Assembly: GCA_937906345.1 (NCBI GenBank)
Contig: CALCXY010000006.1
Span: 1-60,707 of the forward strand
Source of the DNA: Candidatus Woesearchaeota archaeon
GTDB taxonomy: Archaea > Nanobdellota > Nanobdellia > Woesearchaeales > CALCXY01
Direction: 5' to 3'
DNA length: 60,707 bases
The notes beneath the pieces are model-generated. The model did not search any database and was not told where the DNA came from. It worked only from the letters and a program-made list of their open reading frames with translations. The position numbers were made by a program, and so were the translations under genes. Shown in pieces: positions 58,139 through 60,707 of this stretch. How positions within the stretch are numbered: the first letter of the stretch is position 1; the number at the start of each line of letters is the position of its first letter.

Positions 58139-60707
58139 ATGGATTATGACATTCCGCCGGAACTGAAGCATAAGGGTAAGATACTGTGGAGTCTTACGCT
58201 ATCACAGATTGGCTATGCTATCCCAGCAGCGATTATTATCTTTTTCATTTTGTTTAAGACAGGGCTGCCTTTGCAGTATTCTTGGATTCCTGCCATGCCT
58301 GTTGTGTTGTTGGCAGGTTTTTTCATGTTTTTTGATGGTGTGCAGCATTGCAAGGATTGGTATAATCATTTTAGGAATCCAGAAATTGAGGTGTTGAGTG
58401 CAACACTCAAGGAGATTGTGGACATTCAGAAAGTGAAGAATGATATGGTTTTGCAGAGTAACGCAAAGCTTGCTATTCTTGAAGTGATTCCAATGAATTT
58501 CATGCTGAAAACTGATGAGGATAAAGAAACAGTTATCAATGGTTTTCAAAAGTTCCTGAATAGCCTTGATTTTCCTATTCAGGTGCATATCAGCAGCAAT
58601 CCCATTAGTTTAAAGCAGCATTTTCAGCATGTGCATGAGAGAGTACAAACTAGAATTCGAAAGTTAAAGAAGCAGAAAGAGGGTGAAGAGGCTATTAATT
58701 ATTGCCTGTCATTGGTAGATGATTATTGCAGCTTTGTTAGGGGTGTTTTGGAAGGCAATAATATTCGTAACAGGCATTTTTATATTATTATCAAGGAAGT
58801 TTCTGATTTGGCTATGCAGGTTAAGATTTGCACAGAAAACCTTACGAGTCTTGGACTGAAGGTAAGAAAACTCTCTACCGAGCAATTATCTCATTTTTTT
58901 CATGCCTACATTGCGAAGAGTAAAAAGAAAAAAATACAAGCTGAGCAAGTGGACGATGTTGCTCATTTTTTATATGCTCCTGAAAAGATTGTTTTTAAGT
59001 CGCATCATTTTATTGTTGATGATGCTGTAGGAAAAGTTCTAGTAGTGGATGGGTATCCTCACAAAGTAGATATGAGCTTTCTGGACAAGATCATTAGTTC
59101 TGGAGAGGAGTATGATATTAGTATTCATATTGAGCCGTTTCCTATTGATTTGACCATGGTGCGGTTGAATAGGAGTTTACAGGATCAGCGTTTTGACTTG
59201 TATGAGGATACAAAGAAAGGAATCATTAATCCTAGCTTAGAGATTAAGTTCAAATCAACTCGAAAAGTATTAGAGGATTTGCAGAAAGGAAGGCAAAAGC
59301 TCTTTAACGTTTCTCTTTATATCATGTGCAAGGGTAAGAGTGTTGAAGAAGCTGATTTATTAGCTAAGCGAGTGAAGGCTGATTTGGATGGGCTGATGAT
59401 TCAGAACAAAGTGCCTGCATTTCGGTCCATACATGCCTATGCGAGTATGCTTCCTCTGGCTAATAACAAGCTCAATATCCAGAAGAATATTCATACGAAG
59501 GGCTTGGCTGCGTTCTTTCCTTTTTCCAGTCCGTTTCTTGACATTCAGAATACAGGTATTCTTTTGGGTTTGAATAAGAATAGGATTCCTGTTATCAAAG
59601 ATGTTTTTTCTCTGACTAATGCGAATGGCATTTGCTTGGCTACAAGCGGTTCAGGCAAGAGTTTTTTTACTAAGCTTATGCTTTCCCGACAGTATCTGAA
59701 TGGGTGTGATATCCTTATTATTGATCCTCAAGGAGAGTATCTTGCAATTACTGAACATTACAAAGGAGAAAGTATCACGATTAGCAAAAACTCTGATACC
59801 ATCATTAATCCTCTTGATTTGATGGGTCATGAGTATTTAGAAAAAAGGTTGTCATTGATGGATATGTTTCAGATCATGTTTGGTGACCTTACTGAGATTC
59901 AGAAAGCTATTCTAGATAAGGCTATTGATCTGACATATGCGAGAAAGGATATCAACAGGGATACTTGGAAAGCGAAGACTCCTCCTAAAATGCAGGATTT
60001 GTATATGGTTATGAAAGACCTGCACCGAAACTGCCATTCACAAGAAAAAGTGACTTATCGGGCATTATTAAATAGGTTGAGGATGTATACAGAGGGAGGA
60101 GTGTTCTCTTTTTTGAATAGGGATACAAATATCAATTTCAGTAAAGACTTTATCTGCTTCAATATCGGAAATATGCCGAAGCAGGTAAAGCCGCTAGTAA
60201 TGTACTTGGTATTGGATTATGTGTATATGCGGATGAAAGAATCCTTAAAGAGAAAATTGTTAGTTATTGATGAGGCTTGGGCCATGCTGCAAACAGCAGA
60301 AGAAAGCTCATATGTATTCGAGATTGTAAAAACATGCAGAAAGTATAATCTTGGGCTGTTGATGATAACACAGGATGTGGCTGACTTAATAAATTCTAAG
60401 GCTGGGCATGCTGTTTTGGCTAATACTTCTTATACTTATTTGCTGAGGCAAAAATCAGCTATTATGAGAAGTGTCCAGACAACCTTTAATCTTAGCCAAG
60501 CTGAGAAGGAGTATTTGTTAACAGCTGATAAAGGCAAAGGTATTCTGATTATGGAGAATGAACATCAAGAATTAGAGGTTATTGCTTCAAAAAAGGAGCA
60601 TGAGTTGATAACTACCAACCCTGATGAGATGGTTAAGAAAGGTGAGAAGAAGAAAGGGAAGAAAAAAGAACAGAAGGATGTAAACATATCTTTAGATTTG
60701 AAGCAAG
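58139..60707 (+). CDS. virB4: VirB4/TraC-family T4SS ATPase with an N-terminal PrgI/VirB3-like membrane segment (3' end outside the window)
   Basis: Not in the ORF track. The frame was hand-translated and is open to the window end (856 codons). It has two N-terminal TM helices, Walker A LATSGSGKSFF, Walker B LLVIDEAW and ITQD. Confidence 0.9.
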   Translation, partial: MDYDIPPELKHKGKILWSLTLSQIGYAIPAAIIIFFILFKTGLPLQYSWIPAMPVVLLAGFFMFFDGVQHCKDWYNHFRNPEIEVLSATLKEIVDIQKVKNDMVLQSNAKLAILEVIPMNFMLKTDEDKETVINGFQKFLNSLDFPIQVHISSNPISLKQHFQHVHERVQTRIRKLKKQKEGEEAINYCLSLVDDYCSFVRGVLEGNNIRNRHFYIIIKEVSDLAMQVKICTENLTSLGLKVRKLSTEQLSHFFHAYIAKSKKKKIQAEQVDDVAHFLYAPEKIVFKSHHFIVDDAVGKVLVVDGYPHKVDMSFLDKIISSGEEYDISIHIEPFPIDLTMVRLNRSLQDQRFDLYEDTKKGIINPSLEIKFKSTRKVLEDLQKGRQKLFNVSLYIMCKGKSVEEADLLAKRVKADLDGLMIQNKVPAFRSIHAYASMLPLANNKLNIQKNIHTKGLAAFFPFSSPFLDIQNTGILLGLNKNRIPVIKDVFSLTNANGICLATSGSGKSFFTKLMLSRQYLNGCDILIIDPQGEYLAITEHYKGESITISKNSDTIINPLDLMGHEYLEKRLSLMDMFQIMFGDLTEIQKAILDKAIDLTYARKDINRDTWKAKTPPKMQDLYMVMKDLHRNCHSQEKVTYRALLNRLRMYTEGGVFSFLNRDTNINFSKDFICFNIGNMPKQVKPLVMYLVLDYVYMRMKESLKRKLLVIDEAWAMLQTAEESSYVFEIVKTCRKYNLGLLMITQDVADLINSKAGHAVLANTSYTYLLRQKSAIMRSVQTTFNLSQAEKEYLLTADKGKGILIMENEHQELEVIASKKEHELITTNPDEMVKKGEKKKGKKKEQKDVNISLDLKQ

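Larger units (their letters stand above)
54146..60707. mobile_element. putative integrated conjugative-type or DNA-transfer element (left end approximate, right end beyond the window)
   Basis: Visibly higher GC and different codon choice (CTG, GCG, CGG) from about 54.1 kb onward. It carries an orphan Dcm and VirB2/VirB6/VirB4-like genes in one overlapping operon. No integrase lies within the window. Confidence 0.5.

Noticed and set aside
58202-58588. 128-aa minus-strand ORF and a 62-aa plus-strand ORF
   Set aside because: Both lie inside the hand-translated VirB4-like reading frame, which stays open from 58139 to the window end.

Overview
This is a 60.7 kb AT-rich chromosomal window (about 30% GC judged by eye, not computed). 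The organism is an archaeon. Archaeal markers are ribosomal protein S3Ae, aIF5A, Bud32 kinase, archaeal-type riboflavin synthase RibC, type-2 MetAP, tandem Lrp/AsnC regulators, and TATA-like boxes about 25-30 nt upstream of several ATGs. The lineage cannot be fixed from the sequence; a small-genome, DPANN-like archaeon is possible.

Layout from left to right:
- a zwf 3' fragment, three orphan genes, nadK, aIF5A, and a UbiA-like prenyltransferase
- an arginine block: NAGS/K-like gene flanked by two ACT-domain regulator paralogs, a radical SAM gene, argG, an arginine-deiminase-like gene, and argH
- a GT2 glycosyltransferase, gyrB, rps3ae, bud32, and a RelE toxin-antitoxin pair
- a complete, tightly overlapping histidine operon on the minus strand (hisG, hisC-HAD, hisB, hisH, hisF, hisA-hisIE, hisD), preceded by tRNA-His(GUG) and divergent from hisS
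- a roughly 9 kb minus-strand island of unrecognisable giant genes
- map, an intron-containing type-II tRNA, an FKBP isomerase, a Nudix hydrolase, and a riboflavin block (HAD, ribD, ribH, ribC)
- a voltage-sensor/APC-permease/methyltransferase fusion, a signal peptidase, a TPR protein, and a second RelE pair
- from about 54.1 kb to the window end, a visibly more GC-rich segment carrying an orphan Dcm methylase and a minimal type-IV-secretion-like module (VirB2-like pilin, VirB6-like membrane protein, PrgI/VirB3-VirB4 ATPase)

No CRISPR array, rRNA or transposase was seen.

Best candidates for something new:
1. The island at 30252-39311. It encodes a 995-aa protein with five ~131-aa repeats, a 42-aa RHH micro-ORF, an 886-aa protein with a NucS-like PD-(D/E)xK motif, and a 982-aa orphan.
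2. The T4SS-like module at the right end.
3. A two-copy GC-rich element (structured RNA or Pro-rich micro-ORF).
4. A Ser-like tRNA that appears to carry a GAA anticodon.

All homology calls come from motif recognition by eye. No searches were run.
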